This document shows, piece after piece, positions 17,001 to 26,194 of a stretch of 64,000 bases of DNA. Numbering within the stretch: the first letter of the stretch is position 1; each line of letters begins with the position of its first letter. The notes below the pieces were generated by a model. That model was not told the origin of the DNA. It was given only the letters and a program-made list of their open reading frames with translations, and made no database searches. The DNA is taken from assembly GCA_039030515.1 (NCBI GenBank), contig JBCCEA010000006.1:47352-111351 (forward strand), given 5' to 3'. Made by a program: the position numbers and the translations under genes. The stretch is from Myxococcota bacterium (lineage in GTDB: Bacteria; Myxococcota_A; Polyangia; Polyangiales; Houyiibacteriaceae).

Positions 17001-17889
17001 GGGCGATGGCGTGATGGCGCGGCAGGTTTGGGCCCGAATGCGCTCGCTAGAACGTCGCTCCGTAGTCTCGATAGGTTGGCGGTCGAGGGCGGAAGGCGTG
17101 ATCGCGCTTTCTACCGGCGACGTCGGCGAGTTTTTGGAAGCGTCCATGGACGCTCGTTCGTTCTTTGATCGAATCGGCAATGTTCGGGAATCGATGATGA
17201 GCGCATGTGATGTAGGTTTTGGACTCTTTCACTTGGGGCTTGTCGACGAAGCTCAGAAGATTCTGGGAAACGCAAGCGATCAAGCGTCGCAACTCGGACT
17301 CCCCCGCGCAGAGAATCGGGCAAAACTCTTGCGTGCGGAGCTCTTGCTGCAGCTGGGGCAGACGCATCAGGCAAGACAGCTCGTGACTCATGTGGTCGAG
17401 CGGGGCGAGGCCCAGGGCGATCGCTGGATGCGGGCGATCGGTAGTGTGCTGCGGGTGCGTGTTTCTCTGCAGCTCGGGGATGTACTTCGCGCGGAACAGG
17501 CGGCGCGAACTCTCGTCGACACACACGACATGCCCCTGGCCGTCATACCCTATGCTTTTGCAGTCCATGCGCAGACGCTTCTTCGAAGCAACCGTCTAGA
17601 CGAAGCGCTCGTGGCGTCTCGCAAGGGAGTTTCCAGCCTGGAGCAAACGGCAGGCTTGGGGCCTCCCCGAGATATGGAGATCCGACTTACCTGGGCTGAG
17701 GTATTGCGCGCACATGGCAAGCAAGTAGAGGCAAAGCAGGCCGTCGACGCTGCAGCGACGCTCATCAGGGAGCGCGCCTCAAAGCTTAGGGATGCGCTTT
17801 GGCGTAAGCGCTTCCTGGAGTCGGTTCCGGTGCATCAGGCGCTGCTCAGTTGGAGCTCGGAAGGTCTTACGCTTCCGCCCCTAGGCTGA
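14014..17889 (+). CDS. Ser/Thr protein kinase fused to a degenerate cyclase-like region, AAA/STAND ATPase and TPR-like tail (myxobacterial type)
   Basis: GEGGVGEVY, VAVK, HRDIKPAN, DFG, GTPKYMAPE; Walker A GDPGSGKS; Walker B LLVDDVQWGD; GGNPYYLEEL. Confidence 0.9.
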   Translation: MTSPKRMVGRFVIDRLAGEGGVGEVYRAHDQDSHQLVAVKLLGFAGDTSTTRFTRESEMLAELEHPAIVRYVAHGETEAGVPWLAMEWVEGESLEQRLQRSRLSLIETVQLGKRVTEALKFAHDKGIVHRDIKPANLLLPDGDVQVAKLVDFGVARLGKAPSLSLTGAGTLIGTPKYMAPEQARGEALDHRADLFSLGCVLYECLAGQPPFDGAHVVAVLAKILLEDIVPVQKYRPRIPQELEDLIGNLLEKDRDLRPANAQELFDAFEDLGDLDDYRTGSITVPGGLLGLTHSERQLSSVVLASLARSSDVDETMPGEEGGVRFKRPVEVVEFYGGRLEWLGDGSAIALLSGPGPATDRAAIAGRCALALHAVMKGARIVVATGSSEIAGRLPEGDVIERAVSLLRRGRRSGPTDPSEVHPIWIDGVTANLLDDRFWVVPRGDVLELTGERERDRPRTVLGRVLPTVGRRREMALLLDLFEEATAERCAHGALIVGDPGSGKSRVGWELARELRRREVKFSLWSVEGDPMRIGSPFGLLITLISRMCDLQEGEPIERRQEKLSKTIEKSLSARDAEPVLRILSDLLGASQTQPLQIQETVAPPPSLRGEPVREAMLSWLSGQCQQQPLVLLVDDVQWGDRPSIQFLDTLTEGLAEFPFLLVVLARPEFSKMHPDFWQHGGGQRLQLGKMVHRASARLVREALPELGQAKVDLIVEQSGGNPYYLEELIRTVGEGWDTELPRSILAMVQARLHSLDPQARRALRAASIFGRTFWAEAVRALMGGAQPPLSDLERAELIRRDHGSRFEGAVQYLFVSELVREAGYDALTIKDRTLGHQLAAQWLSDRGERDSALLAEHYERGELPQEALPHYLGAAKQSCQGNDFEGALRYVAKALICQPVGEILGELRMVEAQSHYWRARYRNALDAAVMAQSLFERGSARWYQAVESAIAASTGMGDRELLRDIVESMLDVEPMPEILDVLSAALGRSVVGLSLLGDGVMARQVWARMRSLERRSVVSIGWRSRAEGVIALSTGDVGEFLEASMDARSFFDRIGNVRESMMSACDVGFGLFHLGLVDEAQKILGNASDQASQLGLPRAENRAKLLRAELLLQLGQTHQARQLVTHVVERGEAQGDRWMRAIGSVLRVRVSLQLGDVLRAEQAARTLVDTHDMPLAVIPYAFAVHAQTLLRSNRLDEALVASRKGVSSLEQTAGLGPPRDMEIRLTWAEVLRAHGKQVEAKQAVDAAATLIRERASKLRDALWRKRFLESVPVHQALLSWSSEGLTLPPLG

Positions 17890-18805
17890 CTTCAGCCGGG
17901 GTACTGTGGATGTTGGGAACCCAGTCTTCGTCTCGAACAGAGGGCGGCAAAACGACCGGGTTGCCGAGATAGTCGAGTCGTTTGCCCGGCCAGACAAAAG
18001 CTTGAAAGGCGTACGCCAAAAGGGACGTTTGCTCGAGATTCGGATGGATGTGCGGCGCAAGAACACGCGCGTGCTCCCGAGGCAGCAGACTCCAATGCAG
18101 GCCTGGACGCAGATGGTGCATGCCGTGGAATCCGTTGTTAAAAGTCCACCAGTTAACCCATCGACCCACAAAGTTACGTGAATGGTTGTATGGGCTTGAA
18201 GGATTGCAACCGTCGTGCTGGATGAAGTTGATCCCGACGATGCCCCAGGCGGCATATTGATGTGGAATAAACACGTAGAGCAGCCAGCTGTGCCAGTCGA
18301 GATAGATCAGTCCCGCATTGAATCCGAGGTACACGATGGTCTCGAGAATCAGCTGCCGAAACCATCTTGGGCGCTGTGTTCTCATGGCGCGCGTGTAGAC
18401 CCATTCACCCCGAATGATGGAACGGCTTATCGTGCTGAGAAAGAAGATCTGATTCAATAGATTCCATCGAAATCTCAGCTTCGTAGTGCGCATCACGTCT
18501 TTTGCACTCTGGGTGTGGACGTGGTGACTCAAGTTGTGGCCGGGAACAAAAGCGCTGACCGGATGGCCGTAGCAGAGGGTGAGGACAACCTGCATCAGGC
18601 GATTCAGGCCACGGCGACGAAACATCGGCACGTGCACGGTGTTGTGGGTGATCACCGCGCAGAAGAAGCTGAATAGACAGCATGAGGTCACGAGTGCGAT
18701 GCGAAAAACCCAAGACTCCGGCTGAATCAGAAAACCAGCCCCACAAAGGGACAGCTGAATCGCCACAAACGTAAGGGAACGAATATCCTCCCGAAACCTC
18801 AACAT
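17867..18805 (-). CDS. Membrane fatty-acid desaturase family protein
   Basis: Three His boxes (HNTVH, HNLSHH, HGMHH) with hydrophobic segments; substrate unknown. Confidence 0.85.
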   Translation of the reverse strand: MLRFREDIRSLTFVAIQLSLCGAGFLIQPESWVFRIALVTSCCLFSFFCAVITHNTVHVPMFRRRGLNRLMQVVLTLCYGHPVSAFVPGHNLSHHVHTQSAKDVMRTTKLRFRWNLLNQIFFLSTISRSIIRGEWVYTRAMRTQRPRWFRQLILETIVYLGFNAGLIYLDWHSWLLYVFIPHQYAAWGIVGINFIQHDGCNPSSPYNHSRNFVGRWVNWWTFNNGFHGMHHLRPGLHWSLLPREHARVLAPHIHPNLEQTSLLAYAFQAFVWPGKRLDYLGNPVVLPPSVRDEDWVPNIHSTPAEVSLGAEA

Positions 18806-18833
18806 CGGACTCGAATAGCACAGAAGAGGAGAC

Positions 18834-19664
18834 TTACACCGTTTCGAGATGAGCCAGCTCTTTAGCCAGTTTCTTCTTTGCTCGTATCTCTAGCTGCCGG
18901 ACCCGCTCGCGGCTGATGCCCGCTTCTTCACCCATCATCGCTAGGGAAGGAGGGTCGTCGCCCATCAGACGTTCGCGGGTGATCTTGAGCTCTCGTGGAT
19001 CCAGGACGTCGAGTGCTCGCTCGACATCACATTCGAGACGGTCGAACAGTTGTTTTCGGGCCGCGTTTTCGTCTGGAGGCTCGATTTCGGCGGTGAGGTG
19101 ATCTCCGAGAGTTCGGTTGCCCTCTCCAACAGGGCTTTCCATCGAAGTCATGCGTGCATCCAGCATGGACATCATATGCGACACGGTGCTTGGAGGTAGC
19201 TTGAAGCGCTCGGATAGGATGCTGACGACCTCATCGCGATTGTGACCTGCTTGCGCCAGTCGGACCCGCTCGCGCCGCAGTCGAAAATAGTATTTCGTCT
19301 TGAAAGGACCGGTCCCGGCGCCGATGGGGGCTGCGGTTCTCACGATATGTTCCAGAACGTAGGCACGAATCCAGTGGCTGGCGTAGGTGATGAATCGCAG
19401 TCCGCGCTCCGGGTCGTACTTATCTGCCGCTTTGAGCAGTCCGATCGTGCCTTCCGAGATAAGCTCTTCGACCGGAACACCATACCGGCGGTGCTGCACA
19501 GCCACCGCGACGACATGACGTGCGTTGGCTTCGACAAGTCGGTCTCTAGCCCGTTTGTCCCCTGCTCGAGCAAGTCGGGCTGTTTCGTATTCCTCTTCTA
19601 CGGAAAGTTTCGGAATCGCATTGAGTCGAGCAGCAAGCTCGCGGGCAGGATCAGGGGTCGTCAT
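18834..19664 (-). CDS. Sigma-70 family RNA polymerase sigma factor, RpoH/sigma-32-like
   Basis: LSVEEE, LVEAN, LISEGTIGLLKAADKYDPERGLRFITYASHWIRA (region 2), RpoH-box-like KYYFRLR, ISRERVRQLE (region 4). Confidence 0.9.
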   Translation of the reverse strand: MTTPDPARELAARLNAIPKLSVEEEYETARLARAGDKRARDRLVEANARHVVAVAVQHRRYGVPVEELISEGTIGLLKAADKYDPERGLRFITYASHWIRAYVLEHIVRTAAPIGAGTGPFKTKYYFRLRRERVRLAQAGHNRDEVVSILSERFKLPPSTVSHMMSMLDARMTSMESPVGEGNRTLGDHLTAEIEPPDENAARKQLFDRLECDVERALDVLDPRELKITRERLMGDDPPSLAMMGEEAGISRERVRQLEIRAKKKLAKELAHLETV

Positions 19665-20508
19665 CGTAGGCTCCGATACTGGCGGAATTGATTATTTTTC
19701 GTGCTTCGTGCGATATCTCTTCGAAATCGCGAATGACTAGGCCGTAGGGAGGGGGATCGGGCCACGAGCCACATCCACCCAAGATAAGATCCACCCCCCT
19801 CGGCTCGAGTATGCGTCCGAGCCCCTCAGCCTGAAGGCGCATCTCATGTGGCTCGCTAGAGATGGCGGAGGCGCTCACCGCGAGGAGATCGATATTGTAC
19901 CGTTCAATCGCAGTGTCGAGGTTGGCAAAGGGAGTGCGGCGTCCGGACCAAACCGTCATCCAGCCAGCTTCACGCATGCACACTTCGAGCAGCGACAGTC
20001 CAAGTGTGTGGTTGTCCCCCTCGGCTGTGGTGAGCATGCATGTGGGAGCATCCTTTGCGTTGGGCAGCCACTGCGCGGTTCGGGCGAGCGCGCGGGAGAG
20101 GCGTTCTGTCGCTACGTGCTCGTCGATAGGGTTTAGATCTCCCCGGGCCCAACGTGCTCCCAGCTCTGTGACGACTGAACCCAAGCTCTTGGCCACGCTG
20201 GACCACCGACCGAGTCGGTTTCGTTCTCGCATGAGGAGCGCATCGATCGCGTGGCTGTCCGACACCTCGAGGAGTTCCTCGAGCCACTCATCGATCAGTG
20301 CTGTCTCACGGGCGGATGCGGTGGCGACAGGTTCTTCTTCGGATTGACCCCTGCGGCGCTGAAATGAATCCAGTGCTTCCTTGGAAAACCTACGGTGTTT
20401 TCCCGCAGTTTTTTCGCACTCTAAAAGCCCTGCATCCGACCAGCGCTTAACGCTCGCCGCACTTACTCTCAAGTATCGCGCAGCAGCGGAGCTCGTAAAC
20501 CAGCGCAT
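19651..20508 (-). CDS. MerR-like HTH plus B12-binding regulator (CarH/CarA/LitR-like photoregulator)
   Basis: N-terminal HTH (AARYLRVSAASVKRWSDAG...TAGKHRRF), W-x9-EH motif (WARGDLNPIDEH), cobalamin motif EGDNHTLG and ILGG. Confidence 0.85.
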   Translation of the reverse strand: MRWFTSSAAARYLRVSAASVKRWSDAGLLECEKTAGKHRRFSKEALDSFQRRRGQSEEEPVATASARETALIDEWLEELLEVSDSHAIDALLMRERNRLGRWSSVAKSLGSVVTELGARWARGDLNPIDEHVATERLSRALARTAQWLPNAKDAPTCMLTTAEGDNHTLGLSLLEVCMREAGWMTVWSGRRTPFANLDTAIERYNIDLLAVSASAISSEPHEMRLQAEGLGRILEPRGVDLILGGCGSWPDPPPYGLVIRDFEEISHEARKIINSASIGAYDDDP

Positions 20509-20514
20509 GGGGTC

Positions 20515-20612
20515 AACATGGTATGCGTGATCGTTTTGGTCAACTTGAATCGACAGAAGCGGCCAAAACGCTCAAAGCGCTCGTTTGTCGCGAAGCGGTA
20601 TCGTTTTGAGCG
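20515..20612 (-). promoter_or_regulatory. Putative sigma70-type promoter of the CarH-like gene with repeated CAAAACG motifs (candidate operator)
   Basis: Minus strand TTGACC(20543-20538)-N17-CATGTT(20520-20515)-N6-ATG; CGTTT(T)G/CAAA(A/G)CG copies near 20532, 20564, 20573, 20582 and 20602. Confidence 0.4.
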
Positions 20613-20749
20613 AATTGTGCTCGGCAAAGCCCCACGAGACTGTCACGGGCCTATCGCCCTCGATGTGATGTGCCTCACGTGTGCGCTGGTTGCTGAGCGG
20701 GGTCCGAGATTGCTTGAGTTGAGCGATCTGGTCGTTTGCCTGGTCGAGT

Positions 20750-22066
20750 CTAGCTTCCAGTGATGTGCACTGCTGTGCCCTGCTGCTCGGGCTTGGTGAA
20801 TACCGCATGCAGTCCCTCGGGCAGAGGCGGCTCAGTCGCAAACTCAAACACGCGCTTTGCATCGTTTGGCGCCAAGTTCACGCAACCATGACTCGTTTTG
20901 AGTCCAAAACGATCGTGCCAAAACGCACCGTGAAGGGCATAGCCGCCCTTGAAGTACAGCACCCACGGCACGTCCTGGATATAGTAGGGACCACTTAGAT
21001 TGTCCTCATCATCCATGGTGGCGGTGATGTGTTTTGAACGAACCGCAAAAGTCCCGGTGGGTGTGGGATGTTCCTCTTCTCCGGTGGAAGCCAAGGTGAC
21101 GTACACCATCGCGTCCCCTTCGTAGAGGGCGACAAACTGGTTGCGCAGGCTAACGTGGATCCACCGCTGCCCCGGCTCGATGCTGCTGGGGCGCTTGATC
21201 GCATGGATGCGAGAGACTTGTAGCGCTGCGATCCACCGGGTCTCCCCAGCCTCCAGCTCGGTTTGGTACCAACGTCCCGCTCGCTCGTGCACCCCGCGAA
21301 GGGGCAGACGGAGATGCCGCTTGACGGGCTCGCAGGTCGGCATGTCCTCCGCGCCCGGGTCTATGGGGGTGTCGCACGTTTTGGCGGTTGGGTCGGTAAC
21401 CCATAAAAAAGGCAGGTCGCCGTCTTGGGAGACCTCAAAGCCCTCGAATTCTGTGCCTCGCACGGGGGTCGTGCCCTCCCGCGGTACAAACCAGTAGCGC
21501 GTGGTGCGATAGAGTTTGCGGTCATAAATGTTGACCCACTTGTCTACCGTGAAAATATATCCTTCTTGAAGATCGCGTGTGCGCACCCGCTCCGGACGCT
21601 CTCCACGTCGAGGTGGGCGTCGGTACACGGGAACTCCGTCTCCGGCGGTGACTCGCACATACCTGTAGGGCATCCCCTGGTTTTTCGGAGGCTTCGGGAT
21701 GAACGCGAGCCCAGCTGGACCGTTCGTTCGCACGTTGATATTGCCGTCGTCGCGTATCCAGCCGACGCCGGACATGCGGTACCAGGTCTCGGATTCGACT
21801 TCCCGCCGCTCGCTGATCGAAAAGCGCTGACCCCATCGCAACAGCCCTACGGCTCGGGCGTCCTCTCGCGGATCGTAACGGACCCAAACTCGAAGCTGCT
21901 TGGCGATTCCATTGGCGATCGCTTCTTCGTCGATGGCCGTCTCTCGCTCAGGCTCGGACTCGTCTGCGGCCTGCTCTGGCGCCGGTTCGACCTGTTGGAC
22001 CCCGTCGCCGCATCCTACCTGGCCGGCACATGCGAGTGACATCGCCATGATGCAGCGTAATCGCAT
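20750..22066 (-). CDS. L,D-transpeptidase (YkuD family), lipoprotein-like
   Basis: WIHVSLRNQ, TPTGTF, VPWVLYF, ALHGAFWH, SHGCVNL catalytic motif. Confidence 0.88.
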   Translation of the reverse strand: MRLRCIMAMSLACAGQVGCGDGVQQVEPAPEQAADESEPERETAIDEEAIANGIAKQLRVWVRYDPREDARAVGLLRWGQRFSISERREVESETWYRMSGVGWIRDDGNINVRTNGPAGLAFIPKPPKNQGMPYRYVRVTAGDGVPVYRRPPRRGERPERVRTRDLQEGYIFTVDKWVNIYDRKLYRTTRYWFVPREGTTPVRGTEFEGFEVSQDGDLPFLWVTDPTAKTCDTPIDPGAEDMPTCEPVKRHLRLPLRGVHERAGRWYQTELEAGETRWIAALQVSRIHAIKRPSSIEPGQRWIHVSLRNQFVALYEGDAMVYVTLASTGEEEHPTPTGTFAVRSKHITATMDDEDNLSGPYYIQDVPWVLYFKGGYALHGAFWHDRFGLKTSHGCVNLAPNDAKRVFEFATEPPLPEGLHAVFTKPEQQGTAVHITGS

Positions 22067-22195
22067 CGGCCGAGGCGCTTAGCCTAGCCCAAGGTTCGGG
22101 TCAATCGATGCTCCCTGCTCCGGCCAGCGGTCCGATTGGCTCCGAGCAGTGGTCTGATTGGCTGCTGGGCAGCGGTCCGAGCGGTGCCGAGCCGA

Positions 22196-23830
22196 CTAGA
22201 TGAGATCGTCGTAAGAGGCGCGCTCCAGCCGACAATGCAGCAGTGAAAAACGTCCCTCGACCGCCAAAGCCTCGCAAACCGCTTTGCGCAGTGTCTCCTC
22301 GTCTTCGACAAGCACCCCGATCCCACCAAAAGACGCTGCAATCGAGACAAAATCGGTTCCGCCGGAGTTCACGCCGAGGGTGGACAATCCCAGGTGCCGC
22401 TGCTTCATCTCGATCAACGCCAAACTGCGATCGTCATACACCACGATCACGACGCTGAGCCGCTGGTCTCTCAAGGTGGCGAGCTCGCCGAGCGCCATCT
22501 CCAATCCCCCGTCTCCAGTCACCGCTACGGCCGGACGTAGGGGCGCCGCCAACTTCGCGCCGATCGCAAGCGGAACCGCGCAGCCCATCGTGCAGAGTCC
22601 GGAGGACTGCAGGAGCGTTCCGGCCGATTGGACGCGGTAGATCTGATTGAACGCGATCCGATGTGCTCCAGTGTCCACGGAGACAAAAGCGTGCTTCGGT
22701 ATGAGCTCTGAAAGCGCGTGGCTGATGCGGGCGGGTCCAAAAACCGACTCTCGGGCAAAAGCGGCTGCCAGTGAATGGCGAGCTGATTCCGGAGATCCGC
22801 AGTCCCACACCGGACCGGCGCTTTTTTGAACGCGTTGACCCAACACTCGGAGGGTCGCTCCGATATCGCCCACCACAGAACAACTCGCTTGGTGCACGTA
22901 GTGGGTGTTCGGGACCGAGGAGATCTCGATGACCGCGGTCTCTTCGCGGAACGGGCTTCTCCAGCCTTTCCGCATCTCGATCGGATCGTATCCGGCCAGC
23001 ACGACGACATCGGCCTTGCGCACAAGCGGCAGCAGGACGGCATCGGCTCGGGGACTCAGGCCCGCGCCGCCTAGCGAGAGCGGATGGGTTTCTGGAATCA
23101 CCCCTTTTGCCTTGTAGGTGGTGAGCACCGGGGCGCCAAGTAGCTCGGCCAAAGACTGCAGCTCGGAGGCCGCGCGGTGCGCCAGCACATCCAAGCCCGC
23201 CAGAATCAGAGGCCGCCTTGCCCGCTCCAGTAGAGCCCCCAGTCTCGTGACCTCCTTGTCTACCGGCGCTGTCGCCATGATTTTTGCGCGACGGACCGGA
23301 ATGGGACGATCGATTCGAGCCTTGGCGACCGAGATGGGAACGTCGAGATGTACCGGACCCCGCTGCCCATCGAACGCGATGCAGAGCGCCTTGTCGAGAA
23401 TCTCCTCCAGCGATGCGACGTTCAATCGAAAGCTCGCCTTCGTCACACCGCGCAGCAGCTCTTGATGATCGAATATCTGATGGGTGTACGTATGTTGATC
23501 CTCCTCATCGATGCACCCCGTCAAAAAGAGCATCGGCACCCGATCTTGATACGCATTGACCACTACATTAACCGCGTTCGCGACTCCCGGTCCCACCGTT
23601 GCAACCAGGACGGCAGGTGCGCCGCTTGCGTGATGGGTGCCTTCGGCCATAAAGCCGCCGCAGTTTTCATGACGGCAGAGAATGAACTCCACGCCCGCCA
23701 TTTTGAGTCCGTCTAGAAGCGAGAGTACCTCCCCGCCGGGGATGCCGAACGCATAGCGCACGCCGGCTGCCGCCAGTCGGTTTCCGATCAGTTCCGCCAC
23801 TCGGATTGGGCTACGAGCTGAGTCGTTCAC
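22196..23830 (-). CDS. Thiamine-diphosphate-dependent enzyme (acetolactate synthase large subunit-like)
   Basis: AFGIPGGE, CRHE, GPGVAN, GPVHLDVP, TMGCAVP, GDGG ThDP motif. Confidence 0.85.
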   Translation of the reverse strand: MNDSARSPIRVAELIGNRLAAAGVRYAFGIPGGEVLSLLDGLKMAGVEFILCRHENCGGFMAEGTHHASGAPAVLVATVGPGVANAVNVVVNAYQDRVPMLFLTGCIDEEDQHTYTHQIFDHQELLRGVTKASFRLNVASLEEILDKALCIAFDGQRGPVHLDVPISVAKARIDRPIPVRRAKIMATAPVDKEVTRLGALLERARRPLILAGLDVLAHRAASELQSLAELLGAPVLTTYKAKGVIPETHPLSLGGAGLSPRADAVLLPLVRKADVVVLAGYDPIEMRKGWRSPFREETAVIEISSVPNTHYVHQASCSVVGDIGATLRVLGQRVQKSAGPVWDCGSPESARHSLAAAFARESVFGPARISHALSELIPKHAFVSVDTGAHRIAFNQIYRVQSAGTLLQSSGLCTMGCAVPLAIGAKLAAPLRPAVAVTGDGGLEMALGELATLRDQRLSVVIVVYDDRSLALIEMKQRHLGLSTLGVNSGGTDFVSIAASFGGIGVLVEDEETLRKAVCEALAVEGRFSLLHCRLERASYDDLI

Positions 23831-23831
23831 G

Positions 23832-24971
23832 CTATACCCGCAGGATCAACTCGAGCCCCAAATTCAATGAAAAGGCGGTCCGGTCGGAAAGCACCCAGAA
23901 GGTTGGAGCGAGCACATCGATGCCCAGCTCCACTCGATCGCTCAGCGGTAGATTCACCCCGGCGCTCAGTCGAATAAAGGGTCCGTTGTAGGGCAAATAG
24001 CCGATGCCGAAACGAAGCGGCAGGGTCGCTCTCGTGCGAGGAGAGAGACGTAGGCGGTGTTCCACTTGCGCATACGAGAGCAGATTGTTGACGCGACCGT
24101 TTCGACCTCGAAGATTCGCGTAGCCAACATAGGCGCCGAGCAGCAACTCACGGGACACTCGATAGTCGAAACGCATGCCCGCAAGGTGATTGTAGAACGC
24201 GTCGTCAGAGGTGCCGATGGCAGATTCGGTACTCATCGCGAGATTGACCCGCCGGCCGATGTCCGCTTCAGGCGCCTCGCCGGACTCCAAAGGGGTAAGG
24301 TCTTGGTCGTCCAAGCTCTGGGTGACGATTCCGCGTTCCGTCCGAGACGAGGATTCAGTCCGCCGCTCGCCAGAGGCGACAGTGAAGCGATAGGCCTCTT
24401 CATCAAAGAGCCGGGGCTCCGGTAAGGCCTCGCGCACCAGCCTGTCGACCACCTGATGAAGATCCCCAGCAAGTGCGGTGCCCCGAGCGAAAAAGGGTCC
24501 GGTGTTGTCGAGACTCGCTACGACCACCTCGATCACGTAGCGGCCCTCGTGAGCCCAAACGCGTGCAAATGCGCCTCGATGCGAACCGGAAATGTAGGTG
24601 ACCCGCCATAGATCGGCGGGCGCGGGTGGAAACGACATCCGCAGTCTTCCCGCCGCGGCGACCGTGTCTCGAGGGCTTTGTACCCGATAACCCATCCGCC
24701 TTGCGGTATGACGAATCCGATTTGAGACGTGGCGGCCCACTACCGGGTCTACGCCATACGGGGCTGCATCGACTACGATGAGGGACAGCGCTCCGGGCTG
24801 AGCCATCGATCCCGAAGCTGGCCACGAGATCGAGCCGAAAACGCTTGAGATCAAGCAGAGCGCAAAAAGGGCTCGGCCATAGAAACTCTTACCTGATGCA
24901 CCGAAAAGAGCATGACCTTCAGACCGTGAGCTCTTGACCCCAGCGCGTGTACCCTTTCGGTCTCGAGCCAC
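23832..24971 (-). CDS. Hypothetical secreted protein with a probable C-terminal outer-membrane beta-barrel
   Basis: N-terminal hydrophobic segment; C-terminal half has alternating beta-strand patterns ending FSLNLGLELILRV. Confidence 0.55.
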   Translation of the reverse strand: MARDRKGTRAGVKSSRSEGHALFGASGKSFYGRALFALCLISSVFGSISWPASGSMAQPGALSLIVVDAAPYGVDPVVGRHVSNRIRHTARRMGYRVQSPRDTVAAAGRLRMSFPPAPADLWRVTYISGSHRGAFARVWAHEGRYVIEVVVASLDNTGPFFARGTALAGDLHQVVDRLVREALPEPRLFDEEAYRFTVASGERRTESSSRTERGIVTQSLDDQDLTPLESGEAPEADIGRRVNLAMSTESAIGTSDDAFYNHLAGMRFDYRVSRELLLGAYVGYANLRGRNGRVNNLLSYAQVEHRLRLSPRTRATLPLRFGIGYLPYNGPFIRLSAGVNLPLSDRVELGIDVLAPTFWVLSDRTAFSLNLGLELILRV

Positions 24972-25012
24972 GGAGTAAGGCTACGCGAGCACTGCGAGAA
25001 GTCCAATTGCTG

Positions 25013-25079
25013 CCCCCAGGCCCCGGCTGAACCCCCCAGGCCCCGGCTGAACCCTCGACGTCCCCGCCGAACCCTCGAC
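25013..25079. repeat. 20-bp period tandem repeat (~3.4 degenerate copies), intergenic
   Basis: cccccaggccccggctgaac twice, then degenerate cctcgacgtccccgccgaac and cctcgac. Confidence 0.8.
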
Positions 25080-25109
25080 AATGGACGACCTGTCGGTTAC
25101 CACCCTCCC

Positions 25110-26096
25110 ATGAAGTGGCTACCTATCTTGCTGATGACGGCGCTCAGTCTCATCGCGTGCAATCGCGAAGAAGGGTCCGGTAACGACAACGCCGAAGAAA
25201 CGAACGCGCCTTCAAGCAGCGATCGCGAAAAGGCGGCCACGGAACTTCAGCAAGCCTGGGCGCAGTCTCGTCCCGATCAGGGGAGATCGCAGCAGCGACC
25301 CCAAGGCGGCCCGGATCCGGTTCCGGCGCCTAGTGACGTCGCATCGCCACCGGGAGACGCCCGACGCACGGATTCAGGTCTCGCGTACAAGGTCCTCAAG
25401 ACCGGCGACGGGCAAGAGCACCCGGGCGCTCGCGACGAGGTCACCGTGCACTACACGGGCTGGACCACCGACGGCAATATGTTCGACAGCTCCGTCACCC
25501 GTGGTCAGCCCGCAACCTTCCCCCTGAACCGGGTGATCGGAGGCTGGACTGAGGGCGTGCAGCTCATGGTCACGGGAGAAAAGACCCGCTTTTGGATTCC
25601 GGAAGAGCTCGCTTACGGCGGTCGACCCGGCCGGCCCGCAGGCATGCTCGTGTTCGACATCGAGTTGATCTCGATCAAACGAGCTCCACAGGCACCAGAG
25701 ACCCCGAGCGACGTGCGTGAACCGCCTGCGAACTCCGAGCAAAAAGAAGTCCGTAGGCAAAACGCAGAAGGGACAGCCGTGTCCGGCACGCTCTACTCAC
25801 GCGTGCTTGAACCGGGAACCGGCACCAAGCATCCGGCAGAATCGAGCACCGTCGAGGTGCACTACACGGGCTGGACCACCGACGGAAACATGTTCGACAG
25901 CTCCGTCACCCGAGGTCGTCCTGCCCGATTTCCACTGGGTCGGGTGATTCCGGGGTGGACTGAAGGCGTGCAGCTGATGGTCGAAGGCGAAAAGCGACGT
26001 TTCTGGATCCCCGAATCGCTCGCCTACGCCGGCCGCCCGGGCGCTCCTGCAGGGATGTTGGTCTTCGACGTCCAGCTCCTCCGCATTTTAGACTGA
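25110..26096 (+). CDS. FKBP-type peptidyl-prolyl isomerase with two tandem FKBP domains, lipoprotein
   Basis: Lipobox SLIAC; two copies of VHYTGWTTDGNMFDSSVTRG...VIxGWTEGVQLMVxGEKxRFWIPExLAY. Confidence 0.92.
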   Translation: MKWLPILLMTALSLIACNREEGSGNDNAEETNAPSSSDREKAATELQQAWAQSRPDQGRSQQRPQGGPDPVPAPSDVASPPGDARRTDSGLAYKVLKTGDGQEHPGARDEVTVHYTGWTTDGNMFDSSVTRGQPATFPLNRVIGGWTEGVQLMVTGEKTRFWIPEELAYGGRPGRPAGMLVFDIELISIKRAPQAPETPSDVREPPANSEQKEVRRQNAEGTAVSGTLYSRVLEPGTGTKHPAESSTVEVHYTGWTTDGNMFDSSVTRGRPARFPLGRVIPGWTEGVQLMVEGEKRRFWIPESLAYAGRPGAPAGMLVFDVQLLRILD

Positions 26097-26127
26097 AGCG
26101 TCTCGAGCCAGCGAGCCTACAGGCTCG

Positions 26128-26190
26128 AGTACGCCCAGGGCGTCATGACGAAGTACGCCCAGCGCGTCATCACGAAGTACGCCCAGGGCG
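26128..26190. repeat. 24-bp tandem repeat (~2.6 copies) between convergent fkbp and sthA
   Basis: agtacgcccag(g/c)gcgtcat(g/c)acga at 26128 and 26152, partial at 26176. Confidence 0.9.
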
Positions 26191-26194
26191 GTGA

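Noticed and set aside
17867-17889. 23-bp convergent overlap of kinase and desaturase 3' ends as antisense regulation
   Set aside because: Short convergent overlaps are common in compact GC-rich genomes; no further evidence.
17867-18805. Desaturase as CarF (plasmalogen desaturase) or CrtW/CrtZ
   Set aside because: His-box spacing fits the general FA_desaturase family; I cannot see diagnostic residues to assign a specific activity.
25369-26090. Near-identical DNA segments within the FKBP gene as a mobile repeat
   Set aside because: Explained by two tandem FKBP domains, a known architecture.
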